Assembly: GCA_002269645.1 (NCBI GenBank)
Contig: NIVC01002478.1
Span: 1 to 64,000 of the forward strand
Direction: 5' to 3'
Source: Macrostomum lignano
Taxonomy: Eukaryota
DNA: 64,000 nt
The number at the start of each line of letters is the position of its first letter. Position 1 is the stretch's first letter. The notes under the pieces were generated by a model. That model was not told the origin of the DNA, made no database searches, and saw nothing but the letters and a program-made list of their open reading frames with translations. The position numbers and the translations under genes are program-made. Below are positions 11,989 through 23,873 of the stretch, one piece after another.

Positions 11989-12340
11989 CGCCGAGACATG
12001 GACCCTGACGGACGCCTTGGAGAGGCAGCTGGACGCTGCGCATGCGGCAATGCTGCGTGCGGCTTTCGGAGTGCGCAGCGGCCCAGGCAGCGAGACCAAT
12101 GCCGCGGTCTACACTAGGGCGCGCCTGACGCGGCCTTCTGACCTGCTGCGCGGGCGGCGACTTCGACTGGCTGGCCACGTCATCCGGTCGGAGGCCCGCT
12201 GTCCTGAGCCGCTACACGACGTGCTGCTGCTCAAGCTGCAGGGACCGCGGAGGCGAGGCCAAGGGCGAACGGTGCGATACCCTGACCGACTTCTGAGTGA
12301 CGCTGGCGCCCCGGACCAAGCAGGGGATGCGACTTCCTGA
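11989..12340 (+). mobile_element. 3' fragment of an RTE-like non-LTR retrotransposon ORF
   Basis: Translation AETWTLT...RRLRLAGHVIR...GPRRRGQGR, motifs typical of the post-RT region of RTE-type LINEs. Confidence 0.85.
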
Positions 12341-12429
12341 GGGCAATGGCCCAGAGACGCGCTTTCTGACTGCTCCCCCTTTCTGGCTACTGCGTGGCCG
12401 GCGGGAGCAGTACCTTGTTGTTGTTGTTG

Positions 12430-12590
12430 TAGAGCAGAGGAGAAACGGGAGAGAGGAGAGGGAAAATGGAATAGAGAAAATTAGAGAAGAGAGCAGAGAA
12501 GAGACACAAACGTTGAGAGCGGGCCGGATTGCCATTGTGAAGTTTCAAAGGACCCAAGGCGGGTCGGAGTTTTCCGACCTATGGAAAAAA
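12430..12590 (+). mobile_element. Internal fragment of the GA-rich hAT-like MITE family
   Basis: agagacacaaac..gagcgggccggattgc.attgtgaagtttcaaag is shared with 52385-52445 and 37925-37970. Confidence 0.7.
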
Positions 12591-13314
12591 ACAAGCAATC
12601 AAAGCCTTAAATGGCCCTTATGGCAAAAATTAAACAATAAATGGTCACATCAGCAACTATTTTGAGGACACATAGTTTGCGTTCTGTTTTGCTTATTGTT
12701 TATTAGACAAGTAGACACATTTCAGTAGTCACCCTTCGTTTTGCTTCAACAGCAGCATTGCTGGAAAACTGCAAACGTGTATACCAGCGTAAATACGCCG
12801 ACTCGCTACCTAGGAGCATTAATAATAAGTTAATGGATGAGGAACTATAGAATCTTACGCTTCTATTGCTTGTTTATTTGAAAAAAAGCTAATTGATTGT
12901 GCATTTTAAAATCATTGCATTTTAAAATCGCTTAATCAATATTAGTTACAGTATCTAGATCCTGATGGATCGTCATTTTTATAATAGAAAAAAACAATTT
13001 AGCTTTCAATTGTACTTTTTATTAGTTCAATATTCAGTAGAAATATTTATAGTACACTACCTTTAATGTACAGTGCGATTTATTTTTAGCAACACGCTTA
13101 GACTTCACTATTTTTTTTAACTAAAACTAGTGGTTGTGGTCGCCTTCTATCTCTTATCCAATAACAAGCTTGTTCAACTTTTATTTGATAGTGTTCTAAT
13201 TCTCACTCTAAACAGTATATATAAAGCCTTACCTAAATATCGCACACTTGGCATAGAACGCTAAACGTTTTACAAAGAAAGAATATTTACAGTTGACTAA
13301 AGATTAACCTTAAA

Positions 13315-16118
13315 ATGGCCGAGGGCGGTGGAGAAGAGGATTATTTCCCTGGAAGAGTTAGCACCTCACAGCAGGCCTCGCCGGCACAGTCCATAACCTC
13401 TCTGTCCCGTTCAGTGCAAGATATTGTTACCTACAGCCTCGAGACGGGCGAATCCGCAATACCAGAGCCCATTGCTCAGAGTTCTGCATCGGGCATCGAG
13501 CACCAAATGGAGGAGACTGACCATTCGTTAGCTCGGAGCTCTGCACCGGGCATCGAGCACCAAATGGAGGAGACTGACCATTCGTTAGCTCGGAGCTCTG
13601 CACCGGGCATCGAGCACCAAATGGAGGAGACTGACCATTCGTTAGCTCGGAGCTCTGCACCGGGCATCGAGAACCAAATGGAGGAGACTGACCATTCGTT
13701 AGCTCGGAGTTCTGCACCGGGCATCGAGCACCAAATGGAGGAGACTGACCATTCGTTAGCTCGGAGCTCTGCACCGGGCATCGAGCACCAAATGGAGGAG
13801 ACTGACCATTCGTTAGCTCGGAGCTCTGCACCGGGCATCGAGCACCAAATGGAGGAGACTGACCATTCGTTAGCTCGGAGTTCTGCACCGGGCATCGAGA
13901 ACCAAATGGAGGAGCCTGACCATTCGTTAGCTCGGAGCTCTGCACCGGGCATCGAGCACCAAATGGAGGAGCCTGACCATTCGTTAGCTCGGAGCTCTGC
14001 ACCGGGCATCGAGCACCAAATGGAGGAGACTGACCATTCGTTAGCTCGGAGCTCTGCACCGGGCATCGAGAACCAAATGGAGGAGACTGACCATTCGTTA
14101 GCTCGGAGCTCTGCACCGGGCATCGAGCACCAAATGGAGGAGACTGACCATTCGTTAGCTCGGAGCTCTGCACCGGGCATCGAGAACCAAATGGAGGAGA
14201 CTGACCATTCGTTAGCTCGGAGTTCTGCACCGGGCATCGAGCACCAAATGGAGGAGACTGACTATTCGTTAGCTCGGAGCTCTGCACCGGGCATCGAGCA
14301 CCAAATGGAGGAGACTGACCATTCGTTAGCTCGGAGTTCTGCACCGGGCATCGAGAACCAAATGGAGGAGCCTGACCATTCGTTAGCTCGGAGCTCTGCA
14401 CCGGGCATCGAGCACCAAATGGAGGAGCCTGACCATTCGTTAGCTCGGAGCTCTGCACCGGGCATCGAGAACCAAATGGAGGAGCCTGACCATTCGTTAG
14501 CTCGGAGTTCTGCACCGGGCATCGAGAACCAAATGGAGGAGCCTGACCATTCGTTAGCTCGGAGCTCTGCACCGGGCATCGAGCACCAAATGGAGGAGCC
14601 TGACCATTCGTTAGCTCGGAGTTCTGCACCGTGCATCGAAGTTGAGGTGGAGGAGCAGCCAAAATGTTTGGCAACTCAGAGTTCTGCAGCCAGCATGGAG
14701 CTTAATCAAGAAGCGGCTTCAGTTTCGCAAGATCCGACCACTACAGTTTCAAGAACAGAGTGCCAGGCAGAGGAGGCTGCGCCTGAGTTGGTCGATGTAC
14801 CAAACCCGAGTGGAGATGTTTCAGCAATCGAAGGGGATTGCCCACGCCCAGAGATTAGTTGCATCATACTTACGAACGAAACGTCAAGCAGCTCATCAAC
14901 ATCTGTAGATTCTAGCCATCCAGTTTTGAAACTCAATCACTCTTCCAGCGTGCCGAATGCGAAACAACTGAAAATAACTGAAAGAGATGAACGGCCACCT
15001 GCTTCACGGAAGGGTGCTGACGAAACTTCCAGCAACAGTCCCGAAGTAGCTGGGATTAAGCTGAAATTGGAGCAGTTGCCAAAACCCATCAATTCCAACC
15101 AACACCCAGAGTTGGTTGTCGCTCGGGTTGAACGCTTTGAACAGCGTTCGTTGCCGCACCCAGAGAAGCAGCAGCAGCTGAGTTCAAGCCTAACGCAGAT
15201 TGCAAAAGGGTAAAAAATTTGCTGTTAATTTTTTAGGGGTTCTCTCGAATTGAATACTTTTTCTTTAGCTATCAAAATAATTTATCATATAGCTTGTCTT
15301 GTATTGTAGACAAGACGGAATGGAACAAACTGACCAGAATACAACGACAAAAAGCGCTCAGAGCAGCTCCGTATCGTCGACTAGCGCCGCCACTGCATCA
15401 TCTGCTTCGGCCGAGGGTTTGCAATTGCCCGACTGTCCTGATACGCAAGACCTAGTACCAGACGCGTTGTTTGACGAGCCAAGTGACCAACAGCTAAACT
15501 GCGAGACACCAACCTGGTGAGTCTGAGATAGGGTAATTATTTCACAAGCACTAACCATGTATTACATGCTCGTAATTTTACAAGTCTATTCCGGAATGCG
15601 GTTGAAAACCATAAATTTCTATTAGCAGCGTTCTATTAGTTTGATCATGCTCGTCGACTCTCTGAAAGTCTTAAGGTTTATGAAAGTGCATGGATGCTAG
15701 TCGGTTAGGCCTAGACGTTGCGAAAATGAAGCTTTGTGACGAAAGCACCTGTTTGGCCACCTGAACTGATAAAGACTCTCAAACTGTTTGTAGCGCTGGC
15801 GGCGGCTCCGGCCTACCGCTAGCTCAGGAAGACTCGGCTGACGGCTTGGCCAACGTCATAGATGAGCCAGCGGAAGACGAAGCCCAGCGGCAGTCGTTGC
15901 TGCGCGGTTACGACAGTCTGCCTTCGGTCATGAACGCAGAAGCAGTCAACTGGCAGCTCAGCAGACGCGGTCATCAAAGGCAGTTTCAACTACAGCATAA
16001 CAATCAAGATGAAGAGCAGCAACGGCCAAGACCAATAGCGACTCGAATCTGGCTTCGGCTGCGGCATCTGTGCAACTCATACAGCTGCCTTGGGCAACGA
16101 ATCAACGTGGAAGATTAG
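13315..16118 (+). CDS. Orphan gene C, 808 aa predicted: join(13315..15209,15310..15516,15794..16118); disordered acidic protein with 19-aa repeats and a C-terminal Cys motif
   Basis: aaaATGG start; both introns GT-AG and phase 2 (GG|gtaaaa..tgtag|A; TG|gtgagt..tgtag|C); spliced length 2427 nt is divisible by 3; exon layout identical to gene D. Confidence 0.8.
13484..14640 (+). repeat. 57-bp in-frame coding tandem repeat, 20 copies of SSAPGIE[HN]QMEE[TP]DHSLAR plus 1-2 degenerate copies
   Basis: Counted in the ORF translation. Confidence 0.95.
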
Positions 16119-16429
16119 TAGTCGTTTCAAAGATATCTCATATCGTAATTACTTTCAAACAGCATTTGTCCTTCCCTATCTGTTGAATATCGCATTGTAG
16201 ATAGTCTTTTACTAGGGAGGATCCACGGCTTAGTGGTCTAGAGCCCTACCGAAATTAGCGGAATGGGCGACGCTCACCTCCCCGCTGCGTCCTCGGACCG
16301 CCCTGCAGCAGCCCTACCGAAATACGAGAAATTGACTCACCTGCATGATTGATGCCCCCCAGAGACAGCTTTTTTAAGGAGAGCCACCTCCTTAGCCCAG
16401 TACGTGTTGCACTACCTTTTGTTATACCC

Positions 16430-16660
16430 TCAAGGCGGCGCCCCTGTGCTCCTTCAGTGTGACGCCCCTGTGGTACTTTAGTGTGACGCCCCTGTGTTTC
16501 TTCAGTGTGGCGCCCCTGTGCTCCTTCAGTGTGACGCCCCTGTGGTACTTTAGTGTGACGCCCCTGTGTTACTTCAGTGTGGCACCCGTGTTCCTTCAGT
16601 GTGACGCCCCCTGTGTTGCGTCCACGGTGTGGCAGCCCTATATTGTATCCTCAGTGTAAC
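16430..16660. repeat. 24-bp minisatellite (cttcagtgtggcgcccctgtg...), related to the adjacent 28-bp array
   Basis: Shares the tcagtgtggcgccc core. Confidence 0.85.
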
Positions 16661-16879
16661 ATCCCTTGTATATTGTGTTTTCATAGAAATGTATCTATCT
16701 CTATCACTATATAACTTTAGCTCGTATAATGCAATTTTACCTTTTACAATTCACAGAACGCACTTTCCATTCTACGCATTTTGCTCCATTTAATGTCTAT
16801 ACAATAGCAAACAAACTGCACGGAAGACCTATGCTAAAATATAGGCCATAGCTATATGATTAAAAAGTATGCTGTCCTC

Positions 16880-19020
16880 ATTGTCCAAGTGTGGCGCCCT
16901 CTGTATTGTCCTCAATGTGGCGGCCCTTGTGCTGTGTCCTTAGTGTGGCGCCCTCTGTATTTTGTCCTCAGTGTGGCGCCCTCTGTATTTTGTCCTCAAT
17001 GTGGCGGCCCTTGTGCTGTGTCCTCAGTGTGGCGCCCTCTGTATTTTGTCCTCAATGTGGCGGCCCTTGTGCTGTGTCCTCAGTGTGGCGCCCTCTGTAT
17101 TTTGTCCTCAGTGTGGCGCCCTCTGTATTTTGTCCTCAATGTGGCGGCCCTTGTGCTGTGTCCTCAGTGTGGCGCCCTCTGTATTTTGTCCTCAGTGTGG
17201 CGGCCCTTGTGCTGTGTTCTCAGTGTGGCGCCCTCTGTATTTTGTCCTCAGTGTGGCGGCCCTTGTGCTGTGTCCTCAGTGTGGCGCCCTCTGTATTTTG
17301 TCCTCAGTGTGGCGCCCTCTGTATTTTGTCCTCAGTGTGGCGGCCCTTGTGCTGTGTCCTCAGTGTGGCGCCCTCTGTATTTTGTCCTCAGTGTGGCGAC
17401 CCTTGTGCTGTGTCCTCAGTGTGGCGCCCTCTGTATTTTGTCCTCAGTGTGGCGCCCTCTGTATTTTGTCCTCAGTGTGGCGCCCTCTGTATTTTGTCCT
17501 CAGTGTGGCGCCCTCTGTATTTTGTCCTCAGTGTGGCGCCCTCTGTATTTTGTCCTCAATGTGGCGGCCCTTGTGCTTTGTTCTCAGTGTGGCGCCCTCT
17601 GTATTTTGTCCTCAGTGTGGCGACCCTTGTGCTGTGTCCTCAGTGTGGCGCCCTCTGTATTTTGTCCTCAATGTGGCGGCCCTTGTGCTTTGTTCTCAGT
17701 GTGGCGCCCTCTGTATTTTGTCCTCAATGTGGCGGCCCTTGTGCTGTGTCCTCAGTGTGGCGCCCTCTGTATTTTGTCCTCAATGTGGCGGCCCTTGTGC
17801 TGTGTCCTCAGTGTGGCGCCCTCTGTATTTTGTCCTCAGTGTGGCGCCCTCTGTATTTTGTCCTCAATGTGGCGGCCCTTGTGCTGTGTCCTCAGTGTGG
17901 CGCCCTCTGTATTTTGTCCTCAGTGTGGCGGCCCTTGTGCTGTGTTCTCAGTGTGGCGCCCTCTGTATTTTGTCCTCAGTGTGGCGGCCCTTGTGCTGTG
18001 TCCTCAGTGTGGCGCCCTCTGTATTTTGTCCTCAGTGTGGCGCCCTCTGTATTTTGTCCTCAGTGTGGCGGCCCTTGTGCTGTGTCCTCAGTGTGGCGCC
18101 CTCTGTATTTTGTCCTCAGTGTGGCGACCCTTGTGCTGTGTCCTCAGTGTGGCGCCCTCTGTATTTTGTCCTCAGTGTGGCGCCCTCTGTATTTTGTCCT
18201 CAGTGTGGCGCCCTCTGTATTTTGTCCTCAGTGTGGCGCCCTCTGTATTTTGTCCTCAATGTGGCGGCCCTTGTGCTTTGTTCTCAGTGTGGCGCCCTCT
18301 GTATTTTGTCCTCAGTGTGGCGACCCTTGTGCTGTGTCCTCAGTGTGGCGCCCTCTGTATTTTGTCCTCAATGTGGCGGCCCTTGTGCTTTGTTCTCAGT
18401 GTGGCGCCCTCTGTATTTTGTCCTCAGTGTGGCGACCCTTGTGCTTTGTTCTCAGTGTGGCACCCTCTGTATTTTGTCCTCAATGTGGCGGCCCTTGTGC
18501 TGTGTCCTCAGTGTGGCGCCCTCTGTATTTTGTCCTCAGTGTGGCGACCCTTGTGCTTTGTTCTCAGTGTGGCGCCCTCTGTATTTTGTCCTCAATGTGG
18601 CGGCCCTTGTGCTGTGTCCTCAGTGTGGCGCCCTCTGTATTTTGTCCTCAATGTGGCGGCCCTTGTGCTGTGTCCTCAGTGTGGCGCCCTCTGTATTTTG
18701 TCCTCAATGTGGCGGCCCTTGTGCTGTGTCCTCAGTGTGGCGCCCTCTGTATTTTGTCCTCAGTGTGGCGCCCTCTGTATTTTGTCCTCAGTATGGCGCC
18801 CTCTGTATTTTGTCCTCAATGTGGCGGCCCTTGTGCTGTGTCCTCAGTGTGGCGCCCTCTGTATTTTGTTCTCAGTGTGGCGCCCTCTGTATTTTGTCCT
18901 CAATGTGGCGGCCCTTGTGCTGTGTCCTCAGTGTGGCGCCCTCTGTATTTTGTCCTCAGTGTGGCGGCCCTCTGTATTTTGTCCTCAGTGTGGCGGCCCT
19001 TGTGTGGTGTCCTCAGTATG
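16880..19020. repeat. 28-bp minisatellite, ~76 units of two interspersed variants
   Basis: Units cctcagtgtggcgccctctgtattttgt and cctca[a/g]tgtggcggcccttgtgctgtgt. Confidence 0.95.
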
Positions 19021-20094
19021 ACGCACCTTGTGTTGCGTCTTCAACGTAGCGTCTCTGTTTTATACTAAGTAAATAAATAGTAAATTGTTTGTTTATTTTC
19101 TACAAATTGAGAAAAATCAACTAATATATAGCTAGTTTTTCAGTACATATGTTGTTACACGTGTTCTTGTGCACTTGACTTGAGTTTAAGTCAAGTTTAT
19201 TATCAAATTAGTGCACCCCGTGGTTTCATAAAGGAAATTTGCGTTCTACTCTTCATAGACAAACATACAGATAAGCACTGAAGCTTACAGTAAAAAAAAT
19301 AATCTTACTTAGGCTAGAATTGAGTTGAGTTGAATTTAACGAGTCTATGGCTACCTGTCAAATGCTACTGGATAGACCATGCGCCCACTGAGGCAGTGGA
19401 AAAATTGAAAAAGTCGTCTGTGAAGACAGAAAGCAACTTGTTGTCAGACTTAAGATTATAGATAATGCAGCTTCAGAGTTATCATATGAAATTTAATAAC
19501 TCAAATCATACGAAAATTGATTCTAATTGTTCAAGCAATTCCCACGCCCACTAGAACCACAGCTCTCCTTTTTATTTTTTGACAGACATAATAAACCCTT
19601 TAAACAACGAACAGGCAGGCAGGCTAAGCCATATATTACTGTATATTGTCGCGCGGCGCTAGCTGGTATGCCCGGCTTACGAAGTGAGGAGTGGATGAGA
19701 AGACATTTAGCTAGACCCCAGCAACTGTGGAAAGCTGCATGGGCCAGCAACTCTTAACCCCACTTTGTAGCGTCTGCATGAAGTTGAGTAAGTGAATGCA
19801 GGAGAGCCAAGTGAAGGGAGGGCAGGTTAGGGGGAGGGTGCGTCGGTGGCTGAAAGCACAGGAGCAAGCAGGAGCGTGAGGACCCTCTCTCTCTCTGCCT
19901 TGTTTCTTGCCTCCCCGTTTCTGCGTTTCACGCAGACAATTAAACAGTGTTAAATTACAATATGGTACTAATTTTTTAGATTAACTTTAGATTGACAATG
20001 TTCTATAGCAAGAGTTTAATGTATACGAGCGTAAATAAATACACAGACTAGAATATGGAATTACAAGTAGAATCTTACGCTTCTATTGCTTTTT

Positions 20095-20363
20095 CAGTGG
20101 CGGCGCAGCACCTCCGATTAGGGGGGGGGGGCGGTGGATGGGTGGTCAGGTGGTTGGGTGGTCCCTCAGCAAATTTTTAGGATTAGAGCAGCGCATTACA
20201 CTAAATTCTGAAAAAAACGCATATGACGAGCTCGTACTAAAAAATTATGGTGGGTGACCCCACGGAGGGATGAGAGGGTGGTCACCCCCCCAGGGAGGTA
20301 GGAGCGTGGTCACCCGGGGGCAGCAGCCTCCTCTGCCCCCCCCCACCACCTGCGCCGCCACTG
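20095..20363. mobile_element. hAT-type MITE with 8-bp TSD tgcttttt
   Basis: TIRs cagtggcggcgcag / ctgcgccgccactg; TSD at 20087-20094 and 20364-20371. An empty homologous site lies upstream of gene C at ~12863. Confidence 0.92.
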
Positions 20364-20865
20364 TGCTTTTTCACTTGAAAAAAAGCTAATTAAGAAAAGA
20401 AAAATAGAAGAGAACAGGGTCATTGTTTTGCAAGCACTAACCAGGTTTAATGTCTACGTTACACTAGGCCTGCTCCATGGGCTGGATATTAAGCCAACCT
20501 TCCCCTTGCGCCCTCCTCTCCGCGCTCCTCTTCGCAGCCTCTTTTCAGGCTTGGCCTTGGCCCTTGGCGCTACGTTCAATTGCTCTGCTTTTTTCTTTTG
20601 CTGTTTTTATTCTCTCCGCAACACCATGCTCATTGAACACACTCATTCAACACTCATTACCAAAATATATGCAACATACTAAGGCGGTCTCCTCCTCGGT
20701 GCTTTGTGCTCGCTGCCATAGTGTGTTTTGCAAAGGCGGCAAAGCAGCAAAGGTAGGAATAGCTTCATAATGATGCACTGCGGCATCTTTGATGGCTAGA
20801 CCGCAGACCAAGTAACGTAAATTATTCTGACTCAAGGCCCTGTTGTCGGCTCGGCTCGGCTCGGC

Positions 20866-21095
20866 GGCATCATAAATCATAAATCATAAACCCGAAATAT
20901 CATAAATCAGAAAAATCACAACTCCGAGAAACAAAATAGCAACGCCTATCATAAACCCGAAAAATCACAAACCCGAAAAATCACAAACCCGAAAAATCAC
21001 AAACCCGAAATATCATAACTTCGAAAGTTCTAGCAATGTCCAACTCTATTTTGGTTTTCGGAGTTGTGATTTTCCGGGTTTATGATGGCGACCCC
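20866..21095. mobile_element. Foldback-like MITE (copy 2 of the 5320 family)
   Basis: Same aaacccgaaa subrepeats and tagcaacgcctatcata block; right end gggtttatgatggcgaccccc. Confidence 0.7.
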
Positions 21096-22050
21096 CGGCT
21101 CATTCAACCGTGAAAGTTGTTGAAAAACACACACGAGAATCGGCATAAATCGACTTGACAGTGCAATTAGACAACGATGTCCAAGCTGGTACGAGTATAA
21201 AAACCGCAAACAGCTTGGCAGGCGATAATAAAATAATTTTAAAGCAGGACTGCTTGCATTCGCCAGAGATCTCTTTGATGTGGAATAACCGAAAAACTTT
21301 AAAGGGCGGTAGTTATGGCGGGTGTCTGCGTCGGTGCGTCAGTCCCCCTTGCGCCCTCGCCTCCTCCGCGCCTAGGTTTTTAAACCCCCCTTTAAGGCTT
21401 GGTCTCAGGCGCGCCCTGGGGTGGGGGGGGGAGCAAGCAGCCCCCTCCCTTCAAGCCGCTGAAAATTTTTTCAGGAAGCTTTTTTGGTGCGGGAAGGCGA
21501 CGAAAAATCTGGGGCCCTGCCCGTGCCAATTGCCACCTTTCTCTCTTAACTCTGCCTCTTGCTTTGCATCAGAACCAACAGTTAAATCGGTCCCTATCCA
21601 TGCTGAATAGCAAACAGAATTGAGGGTTGACATTAGTCAAAGCCAAAAAGAGCGGTGAGTAGGGACTCAGGGACTGATAGACTCTTTCGCATTGCTAACT
21701 GCTTACAAAAAACATGCCCTGCTGGCTGGCTGGCAAAAAAATAGACCTCTGTCATCTGGCCCTGTGATCCACCCCGCCCCCCCCCCCTCAAGAATTTCTG
21801 AGTGCGCCACTGCGTTGGCCTTGGAGCTGCATGCAATTGCTCGGATTTTTTGTTCTTCTGTTTTTGTTCTCCAACTGTTTTGGCTTAAATATCCTTTCTT
21901 ACACGGCTTATTCGGCACTTATTGCACAATAAATGCATGATGCGAATGGGGGTCACTTTCGCTCCTCGGGGCCTTTGCCTTCGTCTCTCTCCTACTGCTC
22001 AAATTTGGTTGACAAGTAACTAAGCTATATGAGCGTAGATTGCAGAGATT

Positions 22051-22953
22051 AAAACTGGGCGCGTTCTGCATACGGCAACTAACTAACTAAATAAGTAATT
22101 CCGGCGCCACAGCCATTGAAATAGGCTCTTACGCCACTAGATATAAATAAGTTTCCTGATAGGGAGTGTACTAATGTACACTAAAAGCCAAGTTAGACTA
22201 TAGAGGACTGTACAGGGCTGTATCAAAAAAACCAAACCTCCCCGGGGGACAGTAGCGGTTCGACGAACCAGTCAGGAGCCCGTGCCCAAAAACCAGGTTT
22301 GATAGACCCCTTAGCCTATTAGGAAGGCCCGAAGGCCAAGAGCCGTGGCATCCATGCTGGGGCCGACCGCCCCTCTACCCCCGGGTACAAATCATAAACC
22401 TCCCCGAGGCCCGTGGGGGTTGAGAGAACCAATCAGGGAAGCCCGTGCCTTCTCCTGGGTTAGATAAGCCAAAAAAACCGGTCATTTGACCGCCCCCACG
22501 GCCGTGGCAACCCGAAGGAGCCTCCCCCCCCAACTAGACCCCGGGTACTCTTGCCAGACAGTCTCTTATCTTTGAAGCGGCAGGAGGGCTATTCGCCGGG
22601 ACTATTTCACCCTTTGTTTCGCCAACCCGCCATTTTTATAGTGACCGTGCCAACGGTCCCGTCCTGCTCAGACTCAGTCCTGGTTCTGGCACACTCCAGC
22701 TTTAATAGGGTCGCTGGCTGTACGCTCAGAGGGCGCCTGAGGGATACCGTCAGAGCACCTTGGTACAGGTATAGGCCTGCCTTCCTATACAGCTACCCAC
22801 AGCCCTTCCCGATCCACTATTACCCTCCAACCCAGCCTACTCACTCATTACAAGCTTTCAGCCAGGCAGAGACAAGTTTCACAGGATTGACTGCGGTTAG
22901 GCGTCTCTATGCGAGACAAAACCAAAACTGGGCGCGTTCTGCATACGGCAACT
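22051..22953 (-). mobile_element. Probable retroposed insert (LINE 3' UTR or SINE-like) between 30-bp direct repeats
   Basis: aaaactgggcgcgttctgcatacggcaact at 22051-22080 and 22924-22953; short (ttag)n tail on - strand; internal ~160-bp dimer at 22236-22550. Confidence 0.5.
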
Positions 22954-23480
22954 TCTGTTGCTCACACCTTTATAGAACTGAATAGGCGTAGGAACGGGGG
23001 TGGGGTGGGGGCAGTAATGGTATCTGGCCCCTCCACATTTTAAATGCTTCCAGTCTCAAGTCTTCAGGTGAAGGCTTATTAGCCATTCGTACAACAGTCG
23101 TGTGATTCACTGGTTTGATGGCTTATTTGATGACACGCCGACATGAGTTGCCGAAAAAAAACAAATAGATTTGCTCGGATTGAACAGCAGAAGGCGAGTC
23201 TTTTTCTCCCATTGTTTTATTCCCCCCACTACATAGCACAAATGCAATAAACTCTGCGATGACCTTGCCGTGTATTTGGAGGTGTGGTCAAAGGTAAAAA
23301 CATAGTGGACTCCCGCGTGCAAAGGAATCCACAGAACACACTAAGAGTGATAATGGGTCAGTTAGTGTCGCTGGCAGAACGTAAATGTGAAATGCTTTGA
23401 CTGGAGCGTATACAGGTACGGATCACAGTCTGGGCTTGTACACTTCCGGCGGCGGAGGGTATCAAAAATGAAAAGATGAG

Positions 23481-23505
23481 GCGGGCGGGGCGGGGCGGGG
23501 CGGGG
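23481..23505 (+). promoter_or_regulatory. Tandem GC boxes / perfect G-quadruplex motif ~390 bp upstream of the gene D ATG
   Basis: gcgggcggggcggggcggggcgggg; function not shown. Confidence 0.35.
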
Positions 23506-23873
23506 CCCCAAGACTCTCCCGCTCTGTCCCTCTCACTTCTTGGTCTGTGGTCCCTCTCTCCCCCGCTCCCTCCTCTCCTCCCTGCCACAGCCAACCACAG
23601 ACCTAATACCCTACAGCCAACCACAACCTTCAGACCACATGGGCATGGGGCTACATGTATAAGACCCCACTAAGTGTGTGTAAAACTATCATTTCATATT
23701 TAGGTTGCCCAAAAAAGCTCTAGGCCTTCAGAGCATAAGGAGAGCTTCATTACACTTTTGATAAATGAAAAGGCCCAAAAGAATTTGTGATCCTGAAAGT
23801 ACACAGTATACAAAACTCCTATATACTGTAAAAAAGCTACTAGAAAAGAAACAGAAGCCAGTTCAACGCCAGT

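Noticed and set aside
16856-19068. Three ~700-aa Cys-rich ORFs (CPQCGG repeats) resembling zinc-finger or metallothionein proteins
   Set aside because: All three frames are open only because the 28-bp unit lacks stops; no splice or start context and no unique domain.
21640-21812. Further MITE-like ends (cagtggcgcac at ~21812, G-run elements at 37030-37210 and 38200-38400)
   Set aside because: No partner TIR or TSD could be identified by eye.
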